Part shown: positions 9,871 to 18,461 of the stretch, piece after piece
How positions within the stretch are numbered: the stretch's first letter is position 1
Layout: every line of letters begins with the position of its first letter
Source: Candidatus Poribacteria bacterium
Lineage (GTDB): Bacteria; Poribacteria; WGA-4E; WGA-3G
DNA: 64,000 nucleotides
Direction: 5' to 3'
Assembly (NCBI GenBank): GCA_003635185.1
Contig: PYJA01000131.1
Span: 1,035-65,034, forward strand
Made by a program: the position numbers and the translations under genes
The notes under the pieces: generated by a model
The model's input: only the letters and a program-made list of their open reading frames with translations
Told to the model about the DNA's origin: nothing
Database searches by the model: none

Positions 9871-10368
9871 TTATTTTGTAGCACCCCGCATCATCGCAAT
9901 TTTGCCAGTGCGCGCTAACTCAATGACACCGTACGTACTGAAAATATCAATCGCCGCTTTCAATTTACCCTCATCCCCAGTAATCTCAAGCACAAGCGAG
10001 GCAGGTTTCATATCTATAACCCGTCCACGGAAAACCTCTGCGACTTGTAGAATCTCGGTGCGTTTTTGTGGATCATCGGTAGCAACCTTGATAAGAACAA
10101 GTTCACGTTCAACATGTGTGCCAGTCGAAAGGTCTGTAACCTCAATAACGTCAATCAATCTGTTTAAATGTTGATAGATTTGCTCAATTATCTGTGCGTC
10201 GCCATGCGTAACAAGAGTAATCTGTGAGATGCTCTCGTCGTGAGTCTCAGCGACGTTGAGACTATCAATATTAAAACCGCGCCCACTGAAAAGTCCTGCG
10301 ACGCGTGCAAGGACTCCAAATCGGTTTTCGACCAAAACTGAAAATATGTGTCGTTTTTCTTTACTCAT
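9871..10368 (-). CDS. ilvN: Acetolactate synthase small (regulatory) subunit
   Basis: 165 aa. ACT-domain start 'HIFSVLVENRFGVLARVAGLFSGRGFNIDSL', located directly downstream of ilvB. Confidence 0.9.
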   Translation of the reverse strand: MSKEKRHIFSVLVENRFGVLARVAGLFSGRGFNIDSLNVAETHDESISQITLVTHGDAQIIEQIYQHLNRLIDVIEVTDLSTGTHVERELVLIKVATDDPQKRTEILQVAEVFRGRVIDMKPASLVLEITGDEGKLKAAIDIFSTYGVIELARTGKIAMMRGATK

Positions 10369-10426
10369 TTGTACTCTTTATTAAATCGTCCTTTGATCTG
10401 TAGTGGATAGATGTGGTTTAGGAAGA

Positions 10427-12103
10427 TCAGGAAAGCCCACGTATAACATCTCCAAGCCCTGCGCCTGCGGGCACCATCGGGAATACGTTCTCATCTTCAT
10501 CAACAATGAAGTCAATCACGACAGGGCCGTCATTAATCCCTTTTGCCTTCAGTAATGCGGGTTCAACATCTTCAGGGTGTTCAACGCGTAGCCCGGTTGC
10601 CCCGAATGCTTGGGCAAGCAAGGCGAAATCAGGGTTGTCGTGGTAATCCACAGCAGAATAACGTTTATTATGAAAAAGTTCCTGCCATTGCCGCACCATC
10701 CCTAAATACATATTGTTAATGATAAAGATTTTAAGTGGTAACTTCATGGTAATTGCAGGCACTAATTCCTGAATAGTCATGATGTAAGACCCATCACCAT
10801 TGATATTGACAACGGTCTTGTCCGGACATCCGAGTTGCGCACCAATTGCAGCTGGTAAACTAAAGCCCATTGTACCGAGGCCACCTGAGTTCAGCCATTG
10901 ACGCGGTTCAGTAAATTTGAAGTATTGTGCTGCCCACATCTGATGTTGCCCAACATCTGCTACGACAATCGCATCACTATAATGTTCATAAATCTGCTCT
11001 ATAACATATTGCGGCATTACTTTATTGGCTTTTTGCTCGTATTCAAACGGATATTTCTGTTTCCATTCCTGAATTTGATTGCGCCACGGATCAATATCCG
11101 CAGTGTCGACCAACTTATTTAGTTCGGTGAGAACGTTCTTGGCATCGCCAACAATTGGCACATCTACAGGCACATTTTTTCCGATGCAGGACGCATCAAT
11201 ATCAATATGGATTTTTTTAGCATTCGGAGCGAATTTGTCAAGGTCACCGGTAACTCTATCGTCAAATCTTGCACCGATAGCAACGATGAGATCGGCATCA
11301 GTGAAAGCATAATTCGCACAGCAAGAACCGTGCATGCCGGGCATCTGCATTGCTAACGGGTGCGTTTCGGGAAACGCGCCGAGTCCCATCAATGTGACGG
11401 TGATAGGAATCTGTGTTTTTAGCGTTAACTCCCGCAGTTCCTCGCTTGCATTTGCCAGTACCACACCACCACCGGCGTAAAGCATCGGGCATTTCGCTTC
11501 CTTAATTAACGCTGCAGCTTTTGCGATTTGCGCAGGATCACCATTCACTTGCGGTTTATAACTGCGAATATCAACTGTTTCTGGGTACTGAAATAGAGTC
11601 TCATTTTTCTGGGCATCTTTAGCGATGTCAATGATAACGGGACCAGGTTTTCCTGTACTTGCAATATGGAATGCTTCTGCGACAACATCTGCGACTTCAT
11701 CGCAACTTTTGATGAGATAACTGTGCTTACAAATTGGTCGAGTTACGCCGATAACATCACATTCCTGAAAAGCATCGCTGCCGATAAAATCAGTTAATAC
11801 CTGTCCGGTAATCGCTACCATCGGAATAGAATCCATATAGGCAGTTGCGATTCCAGTAACGAGGTTAGTTGCGCCAGGGCCGGAGGTAGCGAGTGCAACA
11901 CCGACCTTTCCTGTGACGCGCGCATATCCATCCGCAGCATGTGAAGCTCCCTGCTCATGCCGCATCGGAATCAATTTTACTTCTGTTTCGTCGTATAGGG
12001 CATCGAAAATCGGCATTGCCGCGCCACCGTTCACACCGAAGATATATTCGACACCTTCACGTTTAAGACAATCCACCAGGATTCGCGCTCCTGAAAGTTC
12101 CAT
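10427..12103 (-). CDS. ilvB: Acetolactate synthase large subunit (ThDP-dependent)
   Basis: Track ORF extends to 12292, but that extension overlaps the T-box leader. I start at ATG 12103 (MELSGARILVDCLKREGVEYIFG...), with an alternative ATG at 12118. The ThDP motif 'GGLGTMGFSLPAAIGA...NGDGS' is present. Confidence 0.9.
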   Translation of the reverse strand: MELSGARILVDCLKREGVEYIFGVNGGAAMPIFDALYDETEVKLIPMRHEQGASHAADGYARVTGKVGVALATSGPGATNLVTGIATAYMDSIPMVAITGQVLTDFIGSDAFQECDVIGVTRPICKHSYLIKSCDEVADVVAEAFHIASTGKPGPVIIDIAKDAQKNETLFQYPETVDIRSYKPQVNGDPAQIAKAAALIKEAKCPMLYAGGGVVLANASEELRELTLKTQIPITVTLMGLGAFPETHPLAMQMPGMHGSCCANYAFTDADLIVAIGARFDDRVTGDLDKFAPNAKKIHIDIDASCIGKNVPVDVPIVGDAKNVLTELNKLVDTADIDPWRNQIQEWKQKYPFEYEQKANKVMPQYVIEQIYEHYSDAIVVADVGQHQMWAAQYFKFTEPRQWLNSGGLGTMGFSLPAAIGAQLGCPDKTVVNINGDGSYIMTIQELVPAITMKLPLKIFIINNMYLGMVRQWQELFHNKRYSAVDYHDNPDFALLAQAFGATGLRVEHPEDVEPALLKAKGINDGPVVIDFIVDEDENVFPMVPAGAGLGDVIRGLS

Positions 12104-12165
12104 GCCAATTTCCCTCATAAACGGTCCTAAGGCACATTCCGCTGTGCCGTAAGTTTGTTGAAAGT

Positions 12166-12202
12166 AAAAAACCTTCTCGTTCCAACTTTGGAGACGAGAA
12201 GG
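12166..12202 (-). terminator. Intrinsic terminator of the T-box leader (attenuator)
   Basis: 9-bp stem (12172-12180 / 12194-12202) followed by six U on the minus strand (12166-12171), about 60 nt upstream of the ilvB start. Confidence 0.7.
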
Positions 12203-12450
12203 GGGACATAAAATGACCTTACCGTGGTACCACTCCAATTCTTTCCCTGTTTTCAAGGAAAAGCACTTTTGGGATGCGATAACGGGCATCACACCGACTA
12301 ACCCTACTTATCACGATTCGGAGATCGCTCTTACAGTTGTTCAGATTAGCAGCTCCAGGGCGACCTTCAGTCGTAGGAACTTGAGAAGACCTTTCAGCCT
12401 GTGAGTCTTCCTCTCTTGCAAGTCCGATGGACCTACTCCTCCCCTTCAAC
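12166..12450 (-). promoter_or_regulatory. T-box riboswitch leader upstream of ilvB
   Basis: The minus-strand sequence contains Stem I elements (GAGGAGTAGG with AGTA, CAAGAGAGG, distal GGCTGAAAGG). It has the T-box motif AATTGGAGTGGTACCACGG (12222-12240; consensus AAnnnGGGTGGtACCGCG). A terminator hairpin CCTTCTCGT...ACGAGAAGG plus U6 follows at 12166-12202. Confidence 0.7.
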
Positions 12451-12537
12451 GCTTTTCAGTAATCTATTTAATTGTATTATACACACCGTTTTGCTAAAGA
12501 TTACGGTGTTTTGAAAGCATTTATCTTTACTTTATTA

Positions 12538-12566
12538 ATTATAACACCTCATAACGGGAATGTCAA
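12538..12566 (-). promoter_or_regulatory. Consensus sigma70-type promoter (TTGACA-17-TATAAT) for the T-box/ilvBN transcript
   Basis: The reverse complement of 12561-12566 is TTGACA and of 12538-12543 is TATAAT, with a 17-nt spacer. It lies about 88 nt upstream of Stem I. Confidence 0.5.
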
Positions 12567-12598
12567 ATGAAATTTAATCTTGCGAACAGTTTAATTTC

Positions 12599-12629
12599 TG
12601 TAGTCTCAATCAGAAGATTGAGACTACAG
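12599..12629 (-). terminator. TGTAG...CTACA hairpin (12-bp stem) downstream of 12642..13457
   Basis: tgtagtctcaat-cagaag-attgagactaca lies immediately after the stop of the upstream minus-strand gene. It belongs to the hairpin family listed in the findings. Confidence 0.5.
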
Positions 12630-12641
12630 AAATTAGGTTTA

Positions 12642-13457
12642 CTATCGAAGAGATTTTAACTGTCCCCAAACAACGCTGACTTTTTCAGCAGGATCTACCG
12701 ATCGTAATTCTTCCCCAAAACGATTGGCAATAAGTTCGGCATATTCGGTTGCGACTTGCTCGTTTCCTGGTATCGCAGTGCCGCAGCAAGAAGTATGGAA
12801 ATTAATAAACCATCCCTTCATATCTTTTGTTCGGTAAGCAATCGGATCGGCATTTGTGCCATCATCCGCATAACTTTCAAACTCAAAATCGTTTTGTTCC
12901 AGGACATTGAGACCAGCTGGGCGATTTGATGTCCATTTTTTCAGCGAAGGAATGTACTTTTTACCGAGATCGGTAGGGGAAACGGATGCTGTATTAGAAT
13001 TTGTGACTTGAAAACCGAATACACTTCGCTGACCTGCACCTGTAATCTCAACACGGTTGTTAGCACCGAAATCCCAATAATAGTAGAACGGGTAATCACC
13101 TATGAATCCACCGATACCGCCATCTCTCAACCATGAATAAATGGGATCATCTTTGCCTTTATTCTGAAAAATCGTTTCAGGTGTGTTTCCTTGAGTGATG
13201 ATATAGATGCCTTTCGGGTTGGCTTCCATATACTCTAATAAACCATCACTATCGACGATTTCGGCATCAAGTTTTTCATCTTCAAGTTTTTCAACGATAA
13301 GCTCAGCTAAACCCTGTGCACCTGCCTGACCGCCTGCTATTCCTAAACCACCACCATTCTCCATCTTAGCATCATAGACAACTGCTACATCCTGACCGAA
13401 ACTATAACCCACAAAAGTTAGAGCGATAATTGATACAAAACAAAATATCCTTTTCAT
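12642..13457 (-). CDS. Secreted hypothetical protein (signal peptide; C-terminal PAEKVSVVWGQLK motif)
   Basis: 271 aa. The N-terminus MKRIFCFVSIIALTFVGYSFGQD is signal-peptide-like. I recognise no catalytic motif. Confidence 0.6.
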   Translation of the reverse strand: MKRIFCFVSIIALTFVGYSFGQDVAVVYDAKMENGGGLGIAGGQAGAQGLAELIVEKLEDEKLDAEIVDSDGLLEYMEANPKGIYIITQGNTPETIFQNKGKDDPIYSWLRDGGIGGFIGDYPFYYYWDFGANNRVEITGAGQRSVFGFQVTNSNTASVSPTDLGKKYIPSLKKWTSNRPAGLNVLEQNDFEFESYADDGTNADPIAYRTKDMKGWFINFHTSCCGTAIPGNEQVATEYAELIANRFGEELRSVDPAEKVSVVWGQLKSLR

Positions 13458-13546
13458 TTTTCCTCCTAATTAGATCTAAAATTTAGTAATAAAGCATCTC
13501 ATGCACCAACATCTTATCAAATCTACCGAGTTTTTTCAAGTGCTTC

Positions 13547-13750
13547 TGTATACAAACAGGGTTATTTAGTTTTCCGCTTTTCTGCTATATTTTTCACGTT
13601 TCAATATAAACCAACTGTAGGTCGGGTTGAGGAACGAAACCCGACATGGACCAGACGTGTCGGGTTTCGTTCCTCAACCCGACCTACAGTATAAACTCTC
13701 AGTAACGTTCATCGACTGGCAATTCATAAAACTAAATAACCCTGTTATAC
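13547..13750. repeat. Nested palindromic element: about 24-bp outer inverted repeats around a perfect 32-bp-arm hairpin
   Basis: Inner arms are 13615-13646 and 13658-13689 (ctgtaggtcgggttgaggaacgaaacccgaca and its reverse complement) with an 11-nt loop. Outer arms are tgtatacaaacagggttatttagtttt (13547-13573) and aaaactaaataaccctgttataca (13727-13750). Confidence 0.8.
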
Positions 13751-13760
13751 AAAAAATTTA

Positions 13761-13789
13761 CTTGACATCAGATAAAAACTATGGTAAAA
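13761..13789 (+). promoter_or_regulatory. Putative promoter TTGACA-17-(TGg)TAAAAT for 13898..14695
   Basis: Read directly; about 100 nt upstream of the GTG start. Confidence 0.4.
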
Positions 13790-13897
13790 TTAAGAAAAGG
13801 AAAACGAACATTTTACGGATAAATTTGTCAAAACTACATGAAAAAAGATACTTTGTGTGTATAACAGTCCACTTACACCACAAATAAGGAGAATATA

Positions 13898-14695
13898 GTG
13901 AAGTATTCAAAAATCCTCATTTTTTTGGGAATCGGTTGTGTCGCAGGTTTACTGCTTGTATTTGGATTCCATCTCCAAGCCCAAAATGCAGCCAAAAAGG
14001 AAATCATCACAGCAAAAGCAAACGAAATGAAAGTCCCAGGAACACCGCAGATGGAGCAGTTCCGCACCCGTCAACAGAATTGGGCAGCGCCAGGCCGGCA
14101 GCGAACGTCAAGATGGGGTGGGCAGCAGCGTTCTGATAGTTCTGAGCCTAATAATAGCGCGGATTTCTATCGAGCGATTGTTGACAATAACATCTTTCGC
14201 CCTCTCGGTTGGAGACCGCCGAATAAAGAACCAGAATATGCCTTCATCGGTACCCGAACAGACCAAAAAGGGACATTTTTTGAGGCATATTTTTTAGAAC
14301 AACGTTCAAATCAGTTTCATATAGCCAAGGTTGGAGATAAAGTTGGTGAAGTAGTTGTAAAAGAGATTGAGGAAAAAAAGATCATTTTAGACAAAAATGG
14401 TGAAACGATCACACTCAGAAGGGGCAATGTGTCGTTTCTCGGTGGTGGTTCGCGTCACAGTAGTTCGTCCAGATCAGAAAGTTCTAATCGGAACGAAAGC
14501 AGTAGTAACAATAAGGAGTCCGCATCTAAATCATCTGATAAAAATGCTGCTAATGAAAAAGAAAAAGCAGAAAGAATGAGAAAGGAAATGATGGAAAAAG
14601 CACGAGAAATGCGGAGAAGGTTTGAGAGTGCTTCGCGAGAGGAACGTGCGCGGATGTTCCGTGAATTTAGTGGGCGCAGAGGCCGAGGACGATAA
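13898..14695 (+). CDS. N-terminally membrane-anchored hypothetical protein with Ser/Arg/Glu-rich tail (paralog A)
   Basis: 265 aa. GTG start preceded by AAGGAGA, then a TM helix. The conserved core 'DFYRAIVDNNIFRPLGWRPPNKEP' is shared with 15298..16086. Confidence 0.7.
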   Translation: MKYSKILIFLGIGCVAGLLLVFGFHLQAQNAAKKEIITAKANEMKVPGTPQMEQFRTRQQNWAAPGRQRTSRWGGQQRSDSSEPNNSADFYRAIVDNNIFRPLGWRPPNKEPEYAFIGTRTDQKGTFFEAYFLEQRSNQFHIAKVGDKVGEVVVKEIEEKKIILDKNGETITLRRGNVSFLGGGSRHSSSSRSESSNRNESSSNNKESASKSSDKNAANEKEKAERMRKEMMEKAREMRRRFESASREERARMFREFSGRRGRGR

Positions 14696-14744
14696 GAATA
14701 CTGCCCATATTTTCTATCTTGCCCCTATTTTGTTCATCAAATGA

Positions 14745-14780
14745 CCCCACAAGGCACTCAGGTAGGTTCTTGCGGGGTTT
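14745..14780 (+). terminator. Hairpin terminator CCCCACAAG...CTTGCGGGG+TTT after paralog A
   Basis: Same stem sequence as the terminator after paralog B. A second 16-bp-stem hairpin follows at about 14789-14830. Confidence 0.6.
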
Positions 14781-15297
14781 AATGCGCCAAATCAATGCCG
14801 AATGCTCAACGGTATTCGGCATTGATTTGTTTTAGCTTTGACTATAAAAAGGAATTATACGAATGATAGTATTAGAACTGGGTAAGTCCTGATCGTATAT
14901 GTGTCCTAAACTACGCACTCGCTGATAGTTCACGACGTGTAAAATTATGCAACCTATTTACCGTAATTTCGCGTCATGATCTATAGAACATTATAATGTT
15001 TTATGGGAATCAACGCCAAATACACCTATGGTATTTGGCAGTAGCGCGTGAGCGAAACCTGTGGATATAAATTTTTGGAACTGAATTTGTTTGACGGTGT
15101 TATAACCTCATAGAGACAGTATGTTTATAGAAACGAGGAAATCTTTCTCTTATGCCCGTGAATCAACGCTGAATACGAGTGTGGTATTCGCTGGGAAATC
15201 TGACTACCGGGAACAAAAGTATCTATTTTAGAAATTCACCATATAACACTGTGCGTGTTTATACCATCTTGCTTGTAATAAAAAAGGGAAGCATATA

Positions 15298-16086
15298 GTG
15301 AAATACTCAAAAATTCTCATGTTTTCAGGAATAAGTTGTGTAATAGGTTTAATATTTGTATTTGGGTTTCGACTGCAAGCTCAAAATGCAGCAAAAAAAG
15401 AGATCGCCATCGCTAAAGCAAACCAAATGAAAGTCCCAGCGACACTTCGTATAGATCAATTTAGAAACCACCCACAAGGTTTAAATCGGAATGTAAAAGC
15501 CCGTTCGAAAAGTGTAAAATCTGATGATAATTCAGATTTTTATAAGGTGATTGTTGAGAATAACATTTTTCGTCCGCTCGGTTGGAGACCGCCTAATAGA
15601 GAACCTCAGTACACACTGATTGGTACTGCTATTGACCCAAACGGTACCAGAGTAGAGGCGTTTATATTAGAGGAACGTTCAAATAAATTTTATATAACGA
15701 GTGTTGGTGATAAAGTCGGTGATGCAGTCGTTCAAGAAATTCAAAAGAAAAAGGTTACTTTGGATAAGAATGGTGAAAAGATTACGCTCAGAAGTGGAAA
15801 TGACCCGTTTCTCAAAAGTGGCAGTTCGCGTCGCAGTAGTCCATCCAGATCAGAAAGTGCTAATCGGCAGGAAAGCAACAACAAGCAGTCTTCATCTAAA
15901 TCCCTTGATAAAGAAGCTGCTATGAGAAAAGCTAGGGAAGAAGCGATGAAAAAAATGCAAGATGTGCGCTATAAATTTTCTAAGGGCATTCCGCCAGAAG
16001 CCCGTGACCAGATAATTCGTCAACTTAAGGAGCGCGGTGTTTTCAAAGGGAATGGCAAAGAAATTGTTACTTTTACTGTTGATTAA
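15298..16086 (+). CDS. N-terminally membrane-anchored hypothetical protein (paralog B)
   Basis: 262 aa. GTG start. MKYSKILMFSGISCVIGLIFVFGF... and 'DFYKVIVENNIFRPLGWRPPNREP' parallel paralog A. Confidence 0.7.
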   Translation: MKYSKILMFSGISCVIGLIFVFGFRLQAQNAAKKEIAIAKANQMKVPATLRIDQFRNHPQGLNRNVKARSKSVKSDDNSDFYKVIVENNIFRPLGWRPPNREPQYTLIGTAIDPNGTRVEAFILEERSNKFYITSVGDKVGDAVVQEIQKKKVTLDKNGEKITLRSGNDPFLKSGSSRRSSPSRSESANRQESNNKQSSSKSLDKEAAMRKAREEAMKKMQDVRYKFSKGIPPEARDQIIRQLKERGVFKGNGKEIVTFTVD

Positions 16087-16117
16087 CAACTATAATTTTA
16101 CAGTTACTATACAAAAA

Positions 16118-16155
16118 CCCCACAAGAGACTTATACAAGTTCTTGCGGGGTTTTT
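16118..16155 (+). terminator. Intrinsic terminator after paralog B
   Basis: ccccacaag-N-cttgcgggg followed by TTTTTGTTG. Confidence 0.7.
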
Positions 16156-16186
16156 GTTGTACTTGAACGGACATACACTTCACAGG

Positions 16187-17005
16187 CTACGCAACGTTCT
16201 GGATATTCTCAGGCATATTTTCAAGCCGTGACAGCCAATAACCGACATCGTACGACTCATCACCGATGAGAAAACGCCAAAGTTTTATTCGGTTGACAAT
16301 TTCAAGTCGGACATCGTTGCCATACCACCTATGGTTACGACTCAAAATACCACGGATACCAGGGGTATCAATGTCATCTGTGTTCCAAAGTTTGAGTTGG
16401 CGAACAGTCGGATTGAGACGTAGTTTATACATGTAGCGGGTTTCATCAGTTAAATTCGGTTGTGCGCAGTGCCACATTCCGTGATGTACAACGACAAGTG
16501 TGCCAGCATTACAAACTATGGGATGTTGGCTCAAGAAGTTTTGGTAGCGCGCAATATCTGTTTCACAGACCCGTCTGAAATGGCTTCCGGGCAAAATCAT
16601 GGTACCACCCATTTCACGTGGGGTATCGTGTGAAAAATAAAAGAACTGAATGTCAAAGTGCATCCGAATATCAATGATAGCATCCGCGTGCCAAATTTGC
16701 CCATGTTCACTTTGTGGGCGGACAATATGAGTAGCATGATGGTCAAACAACGGTGCCTCCCCGACAAGGCTTTCAATAATGCCTTGTACTTGAGGGAGTC
16801 GAAAGACTTTTCCTACAGCGGAATCGTCGTGCCATACATCGTCTAATACGGTGCCGCCACCGCCCCGAACGGGTACACCGGATGCCATTTCTTCATGGGC
16901 AGCCTTATTTAATTCATCGGGGATAAAATCGTCAAAGCGAAGGTAACCGTCGGCTACGAAATTCGCCATCTGTTCTGTGGTTAGGAGATACTGTTTATCA
17001 ACCAT
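16187..17005 (-). CDS. Phytanoyl-CoA dioxygenase (PhyH) family Fe(II)/2-oxoglutarate oxygenase
   Basis: 272 aa. 'QMANFVADGYLRFDDFIP', 'WHADA' (HxD) and a distal 'HHGMWH' fit the PhyH pattern. Confidence 0.8.
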   Translation of the reverse strand: MVDKQYLLTTEQMANFVADGYLRFDDFIPDELNKAAHEEMASGVPVRGGGGTVLDDVWHDDSAVGKVFRLPQVQGIIESLVGEAPLFDHHATHIVRPQSEHGQIWHADAIIDIRMHFDIQFFYFSHDTPREMGGTMILPGSHFRRVCETDIARYQNFLSQHPIVCNAGTLVVVHHGMWHCAQPNLTDETRYMYKLRLNPTVRQLKLWNTDDIDTPGIRGILSRNHRWYGNDVRLEIVNRIKLWRFLIGDESYDVGYWLSRLENMPENIQNVA

Positions 17006-17280
17006 TAGATTTCCTCCAATTTCTCTAAGATATATTCAAATCTTAGGTATGAAGTGTGATACTCCATGCCGGGAAAAGCGGGGAATTGTTGTGGGAACTG
17101 AATAACCCGCCACCCATCTTGCATTGCTTCTATAACTGAGTTATAGGGCGGAGCATCGCTATCACCAGTGGTATAGCGTATTTTGCCTGTGCCATCATAC
17201 ATTGCCCATGCAACGACGTGGCTGTTGAGGTCAGGTGTGTGTAAATGTAAAACCAGAAGCTGCTGTCGTAATTCAGCCAT
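17005..17280 (-). CDS. Small hypothetical protein translationally coupled to the PhyH gene
   Basis: Track ORF starts at TTG 17361. The ATG at 17280 (MAELRQQ...) follows GAAGGAAGG. Its stop TAA overlaps the PhyH ATG (TAATG). Confidence 0.5.
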   Translation of the reverse strand: MAELRQQLLVLHLHTPDLNSHVVAWAMYDGTGKIRYTTGDSDAPPYNSVIEAMQDGWRVIQFPQQFPAFPGMEYHTSYLRFEYILEKLEEI

Positions 17281-17428
17281 ATTCAGGGTATGCCTTCCTT
17301 CAATAGAAGCAGATATACATATATAACGTGAGTTCGGAAAAAGTCCGAGTTTATTGCCCAAAGAGAACCCTAAAGAGAGACATTATATGTTAGAAATGGT
17401 ATAACTTTCAAACAAAAGGAGTTCTCTG

Positions 17429-17494
17429 ATGACTATTATACCACTTTTCTGTGAAGTTGACGACTTTTTTCTGAAAAAAGATAAATCCCACTAA
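17429..17494 (+). pseudogene. 21-codon remnant resembling the N-terminus of an IS982-type transposase
   Basis: AAAGGAG followed by ATG: MTIIPLFCEVDDFFLKKDKSH*. The 'LFCxVDDFF' start is what I remember for IS982-family transposases. The fragment is very short. Confidence 0.3.
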
Positions 17495-17509
17495 TTTGGT
17501 ACTATTTAA

Positions 17510-17547
17510 CGCTTGGAGTTCACCCAAAATAGGGTGAACTCCAAGCG
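17510..17547. terminator. 16-bp-stem hairpin downstream of LamG gene 17602..18372
   Basis: cgcttggagttcaccc-aaaata-gggtgaactccaagcg. The U-run is weak on both strands. Confidence 0.4.
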
Positions 17548-17601
17548 CTTGTTTGCTTACGCTTAGACGAATTTGTAAAACACACAACGTCCTATGGAAT
17601 A

Positions 17602-18372
17602 TTACCGGGCTGCTTTTGCTTTAATACGGCTCCAAGTTGTAACCAACTTCCCGGCTGGTTCTACTGGAGTCACGGAAGCCATCCCATCCGCTATCAATTC
17701 CGCTATTTCTGCTTCGCTGAGTGCCCTATTATAGAGGACAACTTCGTCAATTGTGCCAGTCATCCAATAATTTCCGATATCGCAGCCGCCAATATAAAGT
17801 GGACTGTCGTTGCTCTCTGGATCAGCATTAGGTGCGACTTCAGCATCAATTTTTCCATCTATATAGAGCTTGAAATTCGGTTTTTGATATGTTGCAGCGA
17901 CGTGATGCCATGCACCGTCAGTAACATTGGTTTTCGCATCATACGATTTCCAACCACCAGATGTGAAGGAATAATGGATTACGCCAGTGTTAACGTGTCC
18001 AAAAATGCCGTAGTTTCGTCCGGTTGGATTGCGAGCTTCTTTTGCAGCGATAACGTGCCATCTTCCCGATGTTGCAGGACTATTTATCCAGGCAGCAATT
18101 GTAAAGGATGTTAGGTCAAGGGCATCACTATCAGGAACGGTTACCATATCTGTGCCGCCAAAATTCATGGCACGGCCAAACTTTCCATCAACCCACTTAG
18201 GGGCACCTTGAACTAATTCACCGTGATGCTCATTCCCAGATGAATCTGAAACGGTATTGCCAGTGCCATCATCAAACAACCACGCTCCGACAAGTCCATC
18301 GGTAGTTACTGCCATAAGATTTGGTGAAACAATAAAAAGGGTTAGAATTAGAAAAACTGAGATTTTGTACAT
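17602..18372 (-). CDS. LamG/concanavalin-A-like lectin-fold secreted protein
   Basis: Start moved to ATG 18372 (MYKISVFLILTLFIVSPNLMA, after AAGGAGA). 'LVGAWLFDDGTGNTVSDSSGNEHHGEL...GKFGRAMNFGG' is the classic LamG-domain opening. Confidence 0.8.
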   Translation of the reverse strand: MYKISVFLILTLFIVSPNLMAVTTDGLVGAWLFDDGTGNTVSDSSGNEHHGELVQGAPKWVDGKFGRAMNFGGTDMVTVPDSDALDLTSFTIAAWINSPATSGRWHVIAAKEARNPTGRNYGIFGHVNTGVIHYSFTSGGWKSYDAKTNVTDGAWHHVAATYQKPNFKLYIDGKIDAEVAPNADPESNDSPLYIGGCDIGNYWMTGTIDEVVLYNRALSEAEIAELIADGMASVTPVEPAGKLVTTWSRIKAKAAR

Positions 18373-18461
18373 TATATTCTCCTTATTTTTTTGTAAAGTG
18401 ATAATGAGCATAAGCGCAGCATGTAACCGCGCTTATGGGTTTGTAATGTGGAAACGAGATA

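Noticed and set aside
12104-12292. 63-codon N-terminal extension of ilvB in the track ORF
   Set aside because: It overlaps the T-box motif and the leader terminator. Conserved ALS sequence begins at MELSGARILV....
13627-13887. 86-aa plus-strand ORF starting inside the big palindrome
   Set aside because: It begins within the hairpin arm, runs through the promoter region of 13898..14695 and has no RBS. It is most likely non-coding.
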